A DNA stretch of 32,000 nucleotides from Candidatus Electronema halotolerans (lineage in GTDB: Bacteria; Desulfobacterota; Desulfobulbia; Desulfobulbales; Desulfobulbaceae), in assembly GCA_942493095.1 (NCBI GenBank), contig OW818675.1, positions 2,310,001-2,342,000 of the forward strand. The letters run 5' to 3'. Position numbers and translations under genes: made by a program. This document shows positions 7,669-17,922 of this stretch, one piece after another. The first letter of the stretch is position 1. Each line of letters starts with the position of its first letter. The notes under the pieces are model-generated. The model made no database searches. It was not told the origin of the DNA and was given only the letters and a program-made list of their open reading frames with translations.

Positions 7669-10188
7669 TCAAGTCTCGCTGTTATCTGCCTCGACGCTCT
7701 CCTCTTCTATTCCCTCCTCCTCAGAAGAACGGGCCAAGATGGACATATCGACCACCTTTTCGTCCTCACCGAGATTGATCATGCGCACGCCCTGCGTGTT
7801 GCGGCCAATGACCCGCATGGAATCCATCGGCATACGGATGACCTTGGCCGAGTCAGCAATCAGCATCACTTGGTCGCTGTCCTCCACCTGCAATGCGCCG
7901 ACCACCAGACCGTTGCGCTCGCTGGTCTTGATGGTGCAGACCCCCTTGCCGCCCCGGCTTTGCAGGCGGTACTCGGACACTGCGGTCCGCTTGCCGTAGC
8001 CGTTTTCCGTCACCGTGAGGATGGAGGACTCGCACTCGCTCTTCTTCAGCACCACCGCCCCGACCACCTCATCGTCCTCTGCCAAGGTGATGCCCTTGAC
8101 CCCGGCGGCAAGACGGCCCATGACCCGGATGTTGTCCTCATGAAAATGAATGGACATGCCATTGCGGGTGACTAAAAAGACCTCATCCTCGCCAGAGGTG
8201 ATGTCGGCGCAGAGTATCTCGTCGTCCTCGCGGATGGTCAGGCCGAACTTGCCCTTGCGCAAGGGTTTCTTGTACTCGCGGATGCTGCTCTTCTTAACCA
8301 CGCCCTTCTTGGTCACTGTGAGCACGGAGAGCGCCTCGTCCGCATTGGCCAAGTCTGTCACCGGCAGGACAGCCGCCACCTTCTCGTCCTCGCCCAGCTC
8401 CAGCAGATTGACAATGGCCCGGCCCCGCGCTGTGCGTCCGCCTTCAGGCAGCTCATAGACCTTGCGCCAATAGACCCGGCCCTGATTGGTGAAGAAGAGG
8501 AAGGTGTCCAAAGTTGAGGCGGTGTAGAGGCCGGAGACAAAATCATCCTTGCTGTCCGCCATGCCGGTCACGCCCTTGCCGCCCCGGCGCTGGGCGCGGT
8601 ACAGACTGAGGGCATTGCGCTTGATGTAGCCGTTGTGCGAGACCGTGACCACCATCTCCTCAACCGCGATCATGTCTTCCGGCAGGATTTCATCTGGCGT
8701 GTCAATGATCTCGGTGCGTCGTTCATCGCCGTACTGGCTGCGGATGTCCTTGAACTCGTCGCGGATGATCTGCATGACCAAGGACTCGTCAGCCAGCACC
8801 TGCCGCAGCCAAGTAATCCGCTCCTTGATTTCCGTGTATTCCTGGACAATCTTGTCGCGCTCCAAACCGGTGAGCCGCTGGAGGCGCATGTCCAAAATAA
8901 CTTGCGCTTGCAGGTCAGAGAGGGCGAAACGCTCGGTCAGTCCGGCCTTGGCATCTGACGGCCCGGCAGCGGCTCTCACCAGCTCCACCACCGCATCCAG
9001 ATTCTCCAAGGCAATCTTCAGACCTTCGAGAAGATGAGCGCGCTCCTCAGCTTTGTTCAACTCAAAGGCGGTGCGGCGATAGACCACGGTGCGGCGGTGT
9101 TCAAGGAAATGCTCCAGGAGCTGCTTGAGGTTGAGCACCTCCGGCCTGCTGTTGACAATGCAGAGCATGATCACGCCAAAGCTCTTTTGCAGCGGCGTGA
9201 GGGTGTAGAGCTGGTTGATGGTCACGTCCGGGTTCTCGTCCCGCTTCAGGTCCATGACTATGCGCAGGCCGTCCCGGTCCGACTCGTCCCTGACCTCAGC
9301 AATGGAGGTGATCCGCTTGTCCTTCATCAGCAGGGCGATCTTCTGCACCAAGGCGGCCTTGTTCTGCTGAAAAGGAATTTCTGTCACAACAATGGCTGCG
9401 CCGTCGCCTTTTTTGCGCTGCTCGATATGCAGGCGGGCGCGCATGACAATGCTGCCCCGGCCAGTGCTGTAGGCATCGGCAATGCCTGCCCTGCCGCAGA
9501 TGAAGCCGCCAGTCGGGAAGTCCGGGCCAGTGATGTGCTCCATGAGCTGGGGCAGGCCGATCTCAGGCTCGTCAATCAGGGCCAGCAACCCATCAATCAG
9601 CTCGCTCAGGTTGTGCGGCGGAATCTTGGTCGCCATGCCCACGGCAATGCCTTCCGAGCCGTTAAGGAGCAGGTTGGGAATCCGGGCGGGCAGGACAGTC
9701 GGCTCCTGCTGCGAGCTGTCATAGTTGGGGATGAAATCCACCGTGTCCTTGTCAATGTCCGCGACCAGCTCCTGATCCAGCCTGCTCATCCGGGCCTCGG
9801 TGTAGCGCATGGCCGCAGGCGGGTCGCCGTCCATAGAGCCGAAATTGCCTTGGCCATCGACCAGCGGATAGCGCAGGGAAAAATCTTGGGCCATGCGCAC
9901 CAGAGTGTCATAAACTGCGGTGTCGCCGTGCGGATGGTACTTGCCGATCACGTCGCCGACAATGCGGGCCGACTTGACATAAGGCCGGTTGTGGAAGGTG
10001 CCCAGCTCGCGCATGGCGTAGAGGCAGCGCCGATGCACCGGCTTGAGGCCGTCGCGCACGTCCGGCAGGGCGCGGCCGACAATCACGGACATGGCATAGT
10101 CCAAGTAGGACTTGCGCAGCTCCTTTTCTATGTCAACGGTCTGAATCGCTTCGGGCAGGAGTTCGTCCTGCGCTGTCTCTATGGTCAT
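7669..10188 (-). CDS. gyrA: DNA gyrase subunit A
   Basis: 839-aa ORF with hallmark N-terminal motifs: [51 protein letters not shown] and the active-site region [11 protein letters not shown]-terminal beta-pinwheel repeats and an acidic tail are present. Confidence 0.98.
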   Translation of the reverse strand: MTIETAQDELLPEAIQTVDIEKELRKSYLDYAMSVIVGRALPDVRDGLKPVHRRCLYAMRELGTFHNRPYVKSARIVGDVIGKYHPHGDTAVYDTLVRMAQDFSLRYPLVDGQGNFGSMDGDPPAAMRYTEARMSRLDQELVADIDKDTVDFIPNYDSSQQEPTVLPARIPNLLLNGSEGIAVGMATKIPPHNLSELIDGLLALIDEPEIGLPQLMEHITGPDFPTGGFICGRAGIADAYSTGRGSIVMRARLHIEQRKKGDGAAIVVTEIPFQQNKAALVQKIALLMKDKRITSIAEVRDESDRDGLRIVMDLKRDENPDVTINQLYTLTPLQKSFGVIMLCIVNSRPEVLNLKQLLEHFLEHRRTVVYRRTAFELNKAEERAHLLEGLKIALENLDAVVELVRAAAGPSDAKAGLTERFALSDLQAQVILDMRLQRLTGLERDKIVQEYTEIKERITWLRQVLADESLVMQIIRDEFKDIRSQYGDERRTEIIDTPDEILPEDMIAVEEMVVTVSHNGYIKRNALSLYRAQRRGGKGVTGMADSKDDFVSGLYTASTLDTFLFFTNQGRVYWRKVYELPEGGRTARGRAIVNLLELGEDEKVAAVLPVTDLANADEALSVLTVTKKGVVKKSSIREYKKPLRKGKFGLTIREDDEILCADITSGEDEVFLVTRNGMSIHFHEDNIRVMGRLAAGVKGITLAEDDEVVGAVVLKKSECESSILTVTENGYGKRTAVSEYRLQSRGGKGVCTIKTSERNGLVVGALQVEDSDQVMLIADSAKVIRMPMDSMRVIGRNTQGVRMINLGEDEKVVDMSILARSSEEEGIEEESVEADNSET

Positions 10189-10232
10189 GCCTGTCTGTTC
10201 TCAAGGGTTGTTATGATCATGCTTCCTGCGGC

Positions 10233-10640
10233 TCAATGTAACCCTTTTTCATTGAAAAAGCTGCTGTATTTTTTATCGGTGCCCTTGATGTGGCCTTGCA
10301 GCCAGTCGCGAAGGAAATACAGGGTTTCAATAGTGACCGTCAGCCTGCCGTGTTCAAAATCGTTCTTGAAATCAGAGACCTTTTTGACAAAGGCATTGTG
10401 TTCTCGGATATGACTGACCGAGTCAGGGTATTTAAATTCAAGAAAATACTTTTCTTCGACCTTGAAATGGGTGTCTGTGTAGCTGATCAAGCCGTTCAGG
10501 ATTTTTCCCAGCGCATCTTTGCCATGTCCTGCCTTCATGGCATTATGCAGTTCATTGATCATGGCCACCAATTTCTGATGCTGCCGGTCAATTTCGCTCA
10601 CATTGACGCTCATGCTGCTGTCCCAAACAATCAAACCCAT
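10233..10640 (-). CDS. bacteriohemerythrin (hemerythrin-like metal-binding protein)
   Basis: 135 aa. The sequence IVWDSSMSVNVSEIDRQHQKLVAMINEL..., HFKVEEKYF, HIREHNAFV and WLQGHIKGTDKKY gives the typical H/E/D iron-ligand spacing of hemerythrins. Confidence 0.9.
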   Translation of the reverse strand: MGLIVWDSSMSVNVSEIDRQHQKLVAMINELHNAMKAGHGKDALGKILNGLISYTDTHFKVEEKYFLEFKYPDSVSHIREHNAFVKKVSDFKNDFEHGRLTVTIETLYFLRDWLQGHIKGTDKKYSSFFNEKGLH

Positions 10641-10789
10641 TGTTTCCTCCGTCTTGTGATTGATTTGTTTTATGATTTATTTCTGACGCTGTAGGGGCAA
10701 GCCCCCGTGTCCGCCCACCTCTCGCCATGCAGCACCGGGTCGGCCACAAAGGGCCACCCTTACGGGAGAGAGACAGATGGCATCCATCA

Positions 10790-12013
10790 TCAGCCAGAGC
10801 CATGCCGCAGCAGCGGCGCAATGGCGGCAAAGACCTGCTCCACGGTGATCGCCTGCAGACATTTGTTGTCTGTGCAGGGAGTTTTGCGGTGATTGGCCGC
10901 GCTGACACAAGGTGAGCAGGCCAGTCCGGCAGATATCGGCGTGGAATTGCCGAGTGACCCATACAGGTTGGGCGTTTCCGGGCCAAAGAGGACAAAGGTC
11001 GGCAGCGACGTGATTGCAGAAAAATGCCCTGGCCCGGAGTCGTTGGTCACCATGAGCAAGGCAATGGAGTAGAGCAGGGGCAGCTCGGCCAGCCGCACTG
11101 CTCCAGCAAAGTTAAGGCAGCGGCTGCTGTTCACGACCCGGCACTGCTCTGCCGCTTCCTCGTGCTCTGACAGTGCGCCGGTGATCAGCACCAAGACATC
11201 CGGGGCTGCGGCGAGAATGCGTTGCATCAGCTCCACATATCGCTCTGGCAGCCAGCGGCGCTGGGGCAGCATTTCGCTGGCATTGGGGTTGATCAGCACC
11301 AAGCGGTGCCGGGTGCGGTCATATTCAGGATAGTGTTCCGCCACCTGCCTGCGCATTTCCTCCAGTTCCGCTGCCGTGAAACTGACACGCGGCAGCGTGA
11401 TCTCCTCGTCACGGATCGTCTGCTTGGAATAGGGCAGCTCCGGCTCCTCTGCCAGCAGACTGTTGGCTAAGGCAATGAAGTTTTTGGCAATATGCAGATG
11501 CGGATTATAGGCCACCCGATGGGTGAGCATCTCACCTCGATACAAACCTTCGCCGCAGAAACGGTGAAAGCCGACCCGCTGGGCCGCGCCGCTCGCGCCG
11601 GTGAGCAGGGCGGTGAAGCGGGAAAAGAGTTCCAGATCAATCACGGTGTCAATGCGCCGCTGCCGGGTCCAGCGGAGAAAGCGCAGGGTGTCCCACGTAA
11701 GAACAAACAAATTGGTTTCGCGCAGGGTGAAGATGTTTACTGGCGGCACGGTGTTGAGCAGATCAAGACTGGCCCGGTTGCAGGCAAAGATGACAAAGAA
11801 CAGTTCCGCGCCTAATTGCTCTTTGGCCTTGCGCAGGGCCGGATCAGCAAGAATGGTGGAACCCATCTCGGACAGCTCGATGAACAAGATGCGCTGAGGC
11901 CGGGCCGCTGCCGGGCGGAACAGCATTTCTCGCAGCCGGAGCAGCTGGGTCAGAAGGAAGGTGAGCGGAATGCCGAGCCAGCGGTCCACCGCCCGCATTG
12001 TGTCAACGTTCAT
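10790..12013 (-). CDS. glycosyltransferase family 9 (heptosyltransferase-like)
   Basis: 407 aa. LVLINPNASEMLPQRRWLPERYVELMQ and LMVTNDSGPGHFSAITSLPTFVLFGPETP match the GT9 C-terminal signature. The start overlaps the upstream gene by 11 nt. Confidence 0.8.
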   Translation of the reverse strand: MNVDTMRAVDRWLGIPLTFLLTQLLRLREMLFRPAAARPQRILFIELSEMGSTILADPALRKAKEQLGAELFFVIFACNRASLDLLNTVPPVNIFTLRETNLFVLTWDTLRFLRWTRQRRIDTVIDLELFSRFTALLTGASGAAQRVGFHRFCGEGLYRGEMLTHRVAYNPHLHIAKNFIALANSLLAEEPELPYSKQTIRDEEITLPRVSFTAAELEEMRRQVAEHYPEYDRTRHRLVLINPNASEMLPQRRWLPERYVELMQRILAAAPDVLVLITGALSEHEEAAEQCRVVNSSRCLNFAGAVRLAELPLLYSIALLMVTNDSGPGHFSAITSLPTFVLFGPETPNLYGSLGNSTPISAGLACSPCVSAANHRKTPCTDNKCLQAITVEQVFAAIAPLLRHGSG

Positions 12014-12947
12014 TGGCGCGGACAGGCTGTTTTTCGGTCAGATAGACCAGTAGGCCGGGCAGGGAAGATGCCAGCATGATCAGGCCGTAAAGCAGGGACA
12101 GGGCCAAGACAGTCTCCTTGTCCGCGCCGATGAGGAGGAAAAAGCCGACCATTGCTCCCTCGCGCACCCCCCAGCCAGCCAGCGAAATCGGCAGAATGGT
12201 GAGCAGGATCACCGGCGGCACTAAGACTAAATAGATATGAAAAGCATAATTCAGCCCAAGCGCTCTGCCGATCAGGAAAAAGGTGCTCATGGCCAGCAGA
12301 TGAATAAAGACGGACAGACTGAGCTGGATGCTGACTGAGGACAGGGATGAATAGACCTGAAAATAGCGTTCTGAGAGACGGCCCAGAAAGCCAAGATATT
12401 TGCCTGCCGTGAAAAGCGAAAACTTGCGCAGAAGGAAGAGCAGGATCAATCCGGCAGTCAGGGCTGAGAGAATAAGCAGCAGAGGATACTCGACACGTGG
12501 CGGCAGCAGGTGATGACTGATGAGCAGAGCGGTCATGTTGAGCAGAAGCAGTCCGGTCAGGCCGACCACCCGGTCAATGAAGACACCGAAAAAGGCATCT
12601 TCTGTCCGGCTGCCTTGGCGGGCGCAGTCCAAGATGCGGATGCCGTCGCCGCCAATGCTGGTCGGCAGGCCCTGATTAAAGAACACGCCTTTGAAATAAC
12701 TCTGCACATAAAAGCTGACTGGTTGCTGGAAGCCGAGCTGGATCATGATCAGCCGCCAGCGCAAGGCGGCTGTAGCATTGCAGGCGGTCTGACAGAGCAG
12801 GGCGGCCAGCAAATACAAGGGTGAGGCGGTTGCTATGGCCTCAGCAGTGCTCCTGCTGTCAACGCTGCGGAAGATCAGAAAAAGGAGCAGCCCGGCCACA
12901 GCCAGCTTGAGGCCGGATTTCTTGAGGGCGGAATCAGTGCTTTTCAT
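12003..12947 (-). CDS. flippase-like / LPG-synthase-TM family (UPF0104) membrane protein
   Basis: ORF 12003-13094. I prefer the ATG at 12945-12947 (MKSTDSALKKSGLKLAVAGLLLF...), which overlaps the upstream stop by 14 nt. The protein is multi-TM, and YFKGVFFNQGLPTSIGGDGIRILD is typical of the family. Confidence 0.7.
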   Translation of the reverse strand: MKSTDSALKKSGLKLAVAGLLLFLIFRSVDSRSTAEAIATASPLYLLAALLCQTACNATAALRWRLIMIQLGFQQPVSFYVQSYFKGVFFNQGLPTSIGGDGIRILDCARQGSRTEDAFFGVFIDRVVGLTGLLLLNMTALLISHHLLPPRVEYPLLLILSALTAGLILLFLLRKFSLFTAGKYLGFLGRLSERYFQVYSSLSSVSIQLSLSVFIHLLAMSTFFLIGRALGLNYAFHIYLVLVPPVILLTILPISLAGWGVREGAMVGFFLLIGADKETVLALSLLYGLIMLASSLPGLLVYLTEKQPVRANER

Positions 12948-14352
12948 GCTGCTTGACTGCGGTTTGACAAACAGGACAGGGTTTGAAGCCAGCCTTGCGG
13001 GCCAGCTGGACATCACGGAATTCCAACGAGGAAGTGCGCTGGCCGTACTGGCCGCAGCCGGGCAGATGGAAAAGGCCGCTGTCCGGGTCAGCATGCACTA
13101 AGAGTCCGGCTTTGGGCCGGTTCCGCCGCCGCAGAACCGTGTGCTTGCGCGGCCAGGATTTGGTCAGCCGCTGCCAGGGCCTGCGCAGCAGCAGCTCAAC
13201 CGCTTGGCTCAAGGCGGCGGTGATCAGTTCAGGAATCAGGGGCCGTTCCTGCTCAACCCGGCGGAAGACAGTCATGGTCAGGACAACAAAGATGAGGTTG
13301 GGCAGCCACATCGCCGCTGTCACTGGCAGGGTGCGGTCCTCGCCCATGACTTGAAATATAGTGGAAACAATGTAATAGAGGACAAAAAAAGCCAAGCCCA
13401 GCGGCAGGCCCACTGCCCGGCGGCCCGGCCCGGCCTGCAAGCCCAGCGGAATGCCGAGCAGGCTGAGGATTAGACAGCCAGCTGGCATGGCCAGCCGGTG
13501 ATGATATTCAGTCATGAAGGTGATCGCATCCTGGGGATGCACATCCGGCTGCCGGGCTGCGGTCAGGAGCTGCTCCTGCGACATGCTGCTCTTGCTCAAC
13601 TGGGTGACATCATCGCCGTCAATGCGGGTCGGCGGCTGCAAGGGAATCTGGAGCTGATAGCGGCGAAAATGGACTATCTGGCCGTCATAGCTGTCCGTGC
13701 TGTGCAGGGTGCCGTCCTCCAGCACAATCGTGACCGCCATCCTGCTGATGTCCGCCTTCATGCGTCCGCGCTTGGCCATGATGATGTTGGGCTGCTGGCG
13801 GCCCCGCATGTCCGAGACATAGACCCCGGTCCAGCGGTCGTCCTGGTCGGTCTGATCAACATAGACCACCACTTCGCCCAAGGCTTCGGTGAATTTCTTC
13901 TCCTTGATGCCCTTGTCGATTTTCTCCTTGGCCAACTGGTACATGAGCTGACGCATGGCGATTTCACCGGCAGGAATCAACCGGACTGAGAAATAGCCGG
14001 TCAGCAGGGAAATTGCCGCCGCCAGCAGCAGCACGGGCGGCAGCATCCGGCGCAGGCTGATGCCGCAGGTCTTGAAGGCTAAAATCTCCCGCTCATTGGT
14101 CAGCCGGGTGAAGCCGATGATCACCCCGGTCATGCTGGCCATAGGAATGACATAGAGCAGCATGTGAGGAAAGATGTAGGCGAAAAGACGGATGAAATCG
14201 GCAGTGCCAATGCCAAGGTCCAGAACAATTTCCAGCAAAGGAATCAGCCGGACTAAGAAAAAAACTCCGTACAAGATGATGAAGCTGGCAAAAAACGGGG
14301 CCAGCAGCTCGGCGGCAATATAACTGTACAGGAGCAGGGGCAGGCGCATCAT
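12934..14352 (-). CDS. LptF/LptG-family (YjgP/YjgQ) permease with a C-terminal Ada-like Zn-binding extension
   Basis: 472 aa. The N-terminus MMRLPLLLYSYIAAELLAPFFASFIILYGVFFLVRL... with LTNEREILAFKTCGISL is typical LptF/G. The C-terminal tail FHLPGC..(25)..GFKPCPVC has the HCCC pattern of the Ada metal-binding domain. Confidence 0.8.
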   Translation of the reverse strand: MMRLPLLLYSYIAAELLAPFFASFIILYGVFFLVRLIPLLEIVLDLGIGTADFIRLFAYIFPHMLLYVIPMASMTGVIIGFTRLTNEREILAFKTCGISLRRMLPPVLLLAAAISLLTGYFSVRLIPAGEIAMRQLMYQLAKEKIDKGIKEKKFTEALGEVVVYVDQTDQDDRWTGVYVSDMRGRQQPNIIMAKRGRMKADISRMAVTIVLEDGTLHSTDSYDGQIVHFRRYQLQIPLQPPTRIDGDDVTQLSKSSMSQEQLLTAARQPDVHPQDAITFMTEYHHRLAMPAGCLILSLLGIPLGLQAGPGRRAVGLPLGLAFFVLYYIVSTIFQVMGEDRTLPVTAAMWLPNLIFVVLTMTVFRRVEQERPLIPELITAALSQAVELLLRRPWQRLTKSWPRKHTVLRRRNRPKAGLLVHADPDSGLFHLPGCGQYGQRTSSLEFRDVQLARKAGFKPCPVCQTAVKQHEKH

Positions 14353-15738
14353 TCACCTGATGACCTTGTTGATGTTGACATCAATCCAGTGCTGATCCCA
14401 CCATTCAGTCGGGGTGACAAAAATGCCATGCACAAGCATGGCAAAATGAAGATGATCGCCGCCTGCCATGCCCGTGTTGCCGGTGCGGCCGATCACTTCA
14501 TCCTTGGCCACGGTCTTGCCGACTGCGGTTTCAATCCGGCTCAGATGCGAGTAGAGGCTGGCTAATCCCTGACCGTGGTCAATAATGATCATGTTGCCGT
14601 AGATGCCCAGATATTCGGCAAAGATGACCCGGCCCCGGTTGGCGGCCCGCACCTCAGCCCGGGCGGTGGAGGCGAGATCAATGCCGAGATGAGTCTGATG
14701 ATCAATGGGCTGGCCTTTGTAATAATAGGTGCGCTGATCCGCATAACCTGCTCTTTTGGCACCGGGCATGCGGAGAAAACGGTCATGCCAGAGCTGCTCC
14801 GGCACGGTGTCGCGGCAGACGGCGGCAATCTTCTCGGCATTGCTGACCCGGACCTTGTTGTTGACAAAGAGATATTTCTCGATATTTGTCGTCCCCGGCA
14901 TTTCCGGGTAGTATTCTTGAAATTCCGGGATTTTCTTATTCAAGAAGCCGTCCGAGATATTGATGCGGTCTGTCTTGTCCTTGGCCGGTTTGAAATGCGC
15001 GCTGAAGGAAGCCTGCCCCTGATTGCCTGCCTGATCAACGGCAATCACTTGCGTTTCCTCCAATTTTTCACTCTTCCACGGCAGGGCCAGATAGGCGACG
15101 AAGAGGTTGTTTTTGCCTGCCACAGGATAGCCTTGAAAAAAGCGTTTGCCGAGCATGGCCCCGTGCTTTTCGCAGGCCTCGGAAAGGCTGTACAGGACAA
15201 TGCCGCTGCCGCCCGGCATGAGCTGGAGCGGGGCATGATCAATCATCACCTTGGGCGCGCTGCTGTCAACAGTGACTGGCAGGTGAACTTCCGTGGTGTT
15301 GCGCTTGAGGGAGAAGTCCCGCACCATCAGCACCAAGTCTGCCGCCCCTTCCTTGAGCGCGGATTTTTTTGCGTCAATGGCCACGGTTTCCCGAACCTCT
15401 GCCGGGCCGGCCTGGGAAAGCCAGGACTGCCGGGGAAACTGCCGCTCAAAGAGCGGATACACAGTGCTGTTCTGCCGCAGCGTGATGGAAATTTCGCTGA
15501 TGCCGCTTTTCCGGTCCGCAGCATGAAAGGGCAGTTCCACAGACCCCCCGATGAACTTGATATCCCGGTCAACCGCAACAACAGGCCGTTCAAATTCAAA
15601 GAGGATGAATCCTGCGGCAACGATTCCTGCAACTGCCAGCAGCAACAGGAGGAGCATGGCCGAGCGGCCTATGCCCTTTGCATTGGCGGAACGGAAATAG
15701 CTGCCAAATCTGCTTCTGTTTTTCCTGAGTCTCATCAA
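14353..15738 (-). CDS. M23 family metallopeptidase (LytM/NlpD-like)
   Basis: 461 aa with an N-terminal TM/signal segment. The C-terminal HLGIDLAS...IIIDHGQGLASLYSHLS...GNTGMAGGDHLHFAMLVHG contains the HxxxD and HxH motifs. Confidence 0.9.
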   Translation of the reverse strand: MMRLRKNRSRFGSYFRSANAKGIGRSAMLLLLLLAVAGIVAAGFILFEFERPVVAVDRDIKFIGGSVELPFHAADRKSGISEISITLRQNSTVYPLFERQFPRQSWLSQAGPAEVRETVAIDAKKSALKEGAADLVLMVRDFSLKRNTTEVHLPVTVDSSAPKVMIDHAPLQLMPGGSGIVLYSLSEACEKHGAMLGKRFFQGYPVAGKNNLFVAYLALPWKSEKLEETQVIAVDQAGNQGQASFSAHFKPAKDKTDRINISDGFLNKKIPEFQEYYPEMPGTTNIEKYLFVNNKVRVSNAEKIAAVCRDTVPEQLWHDRFLRMPGAKRAGYADQRTYYYKGQPIDHQTHLGIDLASTARAEVRAANRGRVIFAEYLGIYGNMIIIDHGQGLASLYSHLSRIETAVGKTVAKDEVIGRTGNTGMAGGDHLHFAMLVHGIFVTPTEWWDQHWIDVNINKVIR

Positions 15739-15789
15739 TTTGCCTCATCTTCAGATTTCCGATTTCAGGCCGGGCGGCTTCTTGCCTGC

Positions 15790-17319
15790 TCATTCATTCC
15801 AGATGATTTCATACCGCTGGGCATGGAAATCAGGCACTGGCACCGGCGCAATTTTTTTGCTGACCGCCTGTTCGAGCTGGCGGACTTGGACAGCTTCATC
15901 CCGCAGGAGCAGTTCGGCCAGACGCGGATTGACCCGCACCGTGACGCTCCGCCCGTCAATTTTATCGGCATCACGGGCAATGCGCCGAAAAATCTCATAG
16001 CAGACCGTGCGCCGGGACTTGACCACCCCTTCGCCGTTGCAGTAGGGACAGCTTTCATTCAAGGTCTGGGCCAGATTCTCGCTCAACCGCTGCCGGGTCA
16101 TCTGCACCAGGCCGAATTCTGAAACCTTGAGGATGTTGACCCGGCTGCGGTCTTTGGCCATGACCTCGCTGAGGGCGCGGTTCAGGGCCTCCCGGTCCTG
16201 CTCGCTCTCCATGTCAATGAAATCAACAATAATGATGCCGCCAATGTTGCGCAGGCGGAGCTGGGCCGCAATCTCCTGCATCGCCTCCATATTGGTCTTG
16301 AAGATGGTCTCGCCGAGATTGTTCCGGCCCACATAGCGGCCCGTGTTGACATCAATCACGGTCAGGGCCTCAGTGGTCTCTATGATAATATACCCGCCCG
16401 AACGCAGCCAGACCTTTTTGTCCGCTGCCCGGCTGATCGCGGTTTCAATGCCGTAGGCTTCAAACAGGGGCAGCTCGCCGTCGTAATGGACAATTCGGCT
16501 TTTGAGCTTGGGCGCGAAGGTGCTGACAAAACGGAAGAGCCGCTCATGCACCTCCTCGGAATCAACCACAACCTCGTTGATGCTCTCTGTCAGCAGGTCG
16601 CGGGCCGCCTTGAGCACCAAGTCAATGTCCTTATGCACCAGCTCAGGCGCGGCAGCGCGGCGGGCCGAGGTCTGGATTTCATCCCAGAGCATGAGGAGAA
16701 ATTCCATGTCCGCCTCCAGCTCCGCGCCGCTGATCTTGGCGGCGGCAGTGCGGACAATGAAGCCGGTGCCAGCCGGACGGAGCCGCTCAATTTTCCGGCG
16801 CAGCTCCTCGCGGATGCCTTCGTCCTCAATTTTGCGGGAAACGCCGATATGATCGGTCTGGGGCATGAAGACCAAGTTGCGGCAGGCAAGGGTGATATGG
16901 CAGGTCAGGCGCGCTCCCTTGGTGCCGAGCGGGTCTTTGGCCACTTGCACCAGCACGGTCTGGCCTTCCTTGAGAAGCTGCTCAATGCCGGGCTGGGCTG
17001 AACAGCGTTTGCTCAGAGCGGGATTGTCAGGATAATGCCGTCGGCAGCAGGGCGCTTCCTCGTCCGACCGTTCCTCAGCATTGGGCGCGGCAGCGGCATG
17101 AACATCATCGACATAGAGAAAGCCGGTGCGCTCCAAGCCGACATCGACAAAGGCGGCCTGCATTCCGGGCAGGACCCGCACCACCTTGCCGCAGTAAATA
17201 TTGCCGACCAAGCCCTGCTCCGCAGGCCGCTCTATATGGAATTCCAGCAGTCTGCCGCCTTCAACCAAGGCGATCCGGTTTTCATAAGGGGCGGCATTGA
17301 TCAGGATGTCTGTGTACAT
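15790..17319 (-). CDS. rng: ribonuclease G (Rne/Rng family)
   Basis: 509 aa. It has an S1 domain (GNIYCGKVVRVLPGMQAAFVDVGLERTGFLYVDD), a catalytic core (IIIETTEALTVIDVNTG, IIIVDFIDM) and a CPYCNGEG Zn-link. Confidence 0.9.
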   Translation of the reverse strand: MYTDILINAAPYENRIALVEGGRLLEFHIERPAEQGLVGNIYCGKVVRVLPGMQAAFVDVGLERTGFLYVDDVHAAAAPNAEERSDEEAPCCRRHYPDNPALSKRCSAQPGIEQLLKEGQTVLVQVAKDPLGTKGARLTCHITLACRNLVFMPQTDHIGVSRKIEDEGIREELRRKIERLRPAGTGFIVRTAAAKISGAELEADMEFLLMLWDEIQTSARRAAAPELVHKDIDLVLKAARDLLTESINEVVVDSEEVHERLFRFVSTFAPKLKSRIVHYDGELPLFEAYGIETAISRAADKKVWLRSGGYIIIETTEALTVIDVNTGRYVGRNNLGETIFKTNMEAMQEIAAQLRLRNIGGIIIVDFIDMESEQDREALNRALSEVMAKDRSRVNILKVSEFGLVQMTRQRLSENLAQTLNESCPYCNGEGVVKSRRTVCYEIFRRIARDADKIDGRSVTVRVNPRLAELLLRDEAVQVRQLEQAVSKKIAPVPVPDFHAQRYEIIWNE

Positions 17320-17544
17320 AATGAGTAATCATTGCTGCGGGCAACAGGCATGGTCTGACAGTGCGCCTTGGGCGGCGAAACAGCAGTGTTTCAGATCACG
17401 GATGTCGGGCAATTTTGCTGCAAAAACCGACCTGCTGTCGGCAGTAAGAAAAAAAATGATGCAATCATACTCCGCCCTGCCCCGCCTCACAAGAGGAGCG
17501 GCAGTTCTGCTGGACATTCTCGCGGATTTTTTTTATGATGCGCC

Positions 17545-17898
17545 ATGTCTGAACGAAAGAACACATCTCACCTTTATAAAGCCTTGATCTGGTCTGTCAA
17601 AGGTCTGGCTGCCGGATGGCAGGAAACGGCCTTTCGGCAGGAAATCGCGATGCTCTGCATTCTTGGCCCGGCAGCAATGTTCCTTGGTCAGAGCGGCGTG
17701 GAGCGGGCCATGCTCCTTGGCAGCCTGCTCATCGTGCTGCTTGTCGAGCTGCTCAACAGTGCTGTTGAGGCGGCCATTGACCGCATCGGCCTGGAACGGC
17801 ATCCGCTTTCCGGCAGGGCCAAGGACTTGGCTTCAGCAGCGGTCTGCATCAGCTTGATCAATGCTGCCTTGGTCTGGCTGTTGATTCTGATCGGGTAG
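17545..17898 (+). CDS. dgkA: diacylglycerol kinase
   Basis: 117 aa with three TM segments. AFRQEIAM.., VELLNSAVEAAIDRIG.. and AKDLASAAV match prokaryotic DgkA. Confidence 0.9.
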   Translation: MSERKNTSHLYKALIWSVKGLAAGWQETAFRQEIAMLCILGPAAMFLGQSGVERAMLLGSLLIVLLVELLNSAVEAAIDRIGLERHPLSGRAKDLASAAVCISLINAALVWLLILIG

Positions 17899-17922
17899 GG
17901 GCGAAAAATTTTTCGCCCCTAC
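17895..17922. repeat. 28-nt perfect palindrome GTAGGGGCGAAAAATTTTTCGCCCCTAC; REP-like element and likely bidirectional terminator
   Basis: The 14+14 perfect inverted repeat overlaps the stop codons of both convergent genes (dgkA TAG 17896-17898; PurA-like stop 17919-17921). A second copy with one mismatch lies at 25927-25954. Confidence 0.7.

Noticed and set aside
9034-10413. 459-aa ORF on the + strand
   Set aside because: It is entirely antisense to gyrA and hemerythrin. The composition is low-complexity and Ala/Gly/Val/His-rich, typical of shadow ORFs in GC-rich DNA, and the gyrA assignment on the opposite strand is unambiguous.
10683-10705. Third copy of the REP-like palindrome (ctgtaggggcaagcccccgtg)
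   Set aside because: It shares only GTAGGGGC and a short GGGGC-aa-GCCCC hairpin with the 28-nt element, which is too weak to call the same family.
14575-16122. 515-aa ORF on the + strand
   Set aside because: It is antisense to the M23 peptidase and the end of rng. It has no recognisable motifs and both opposite-strand genes have strong family signatures.
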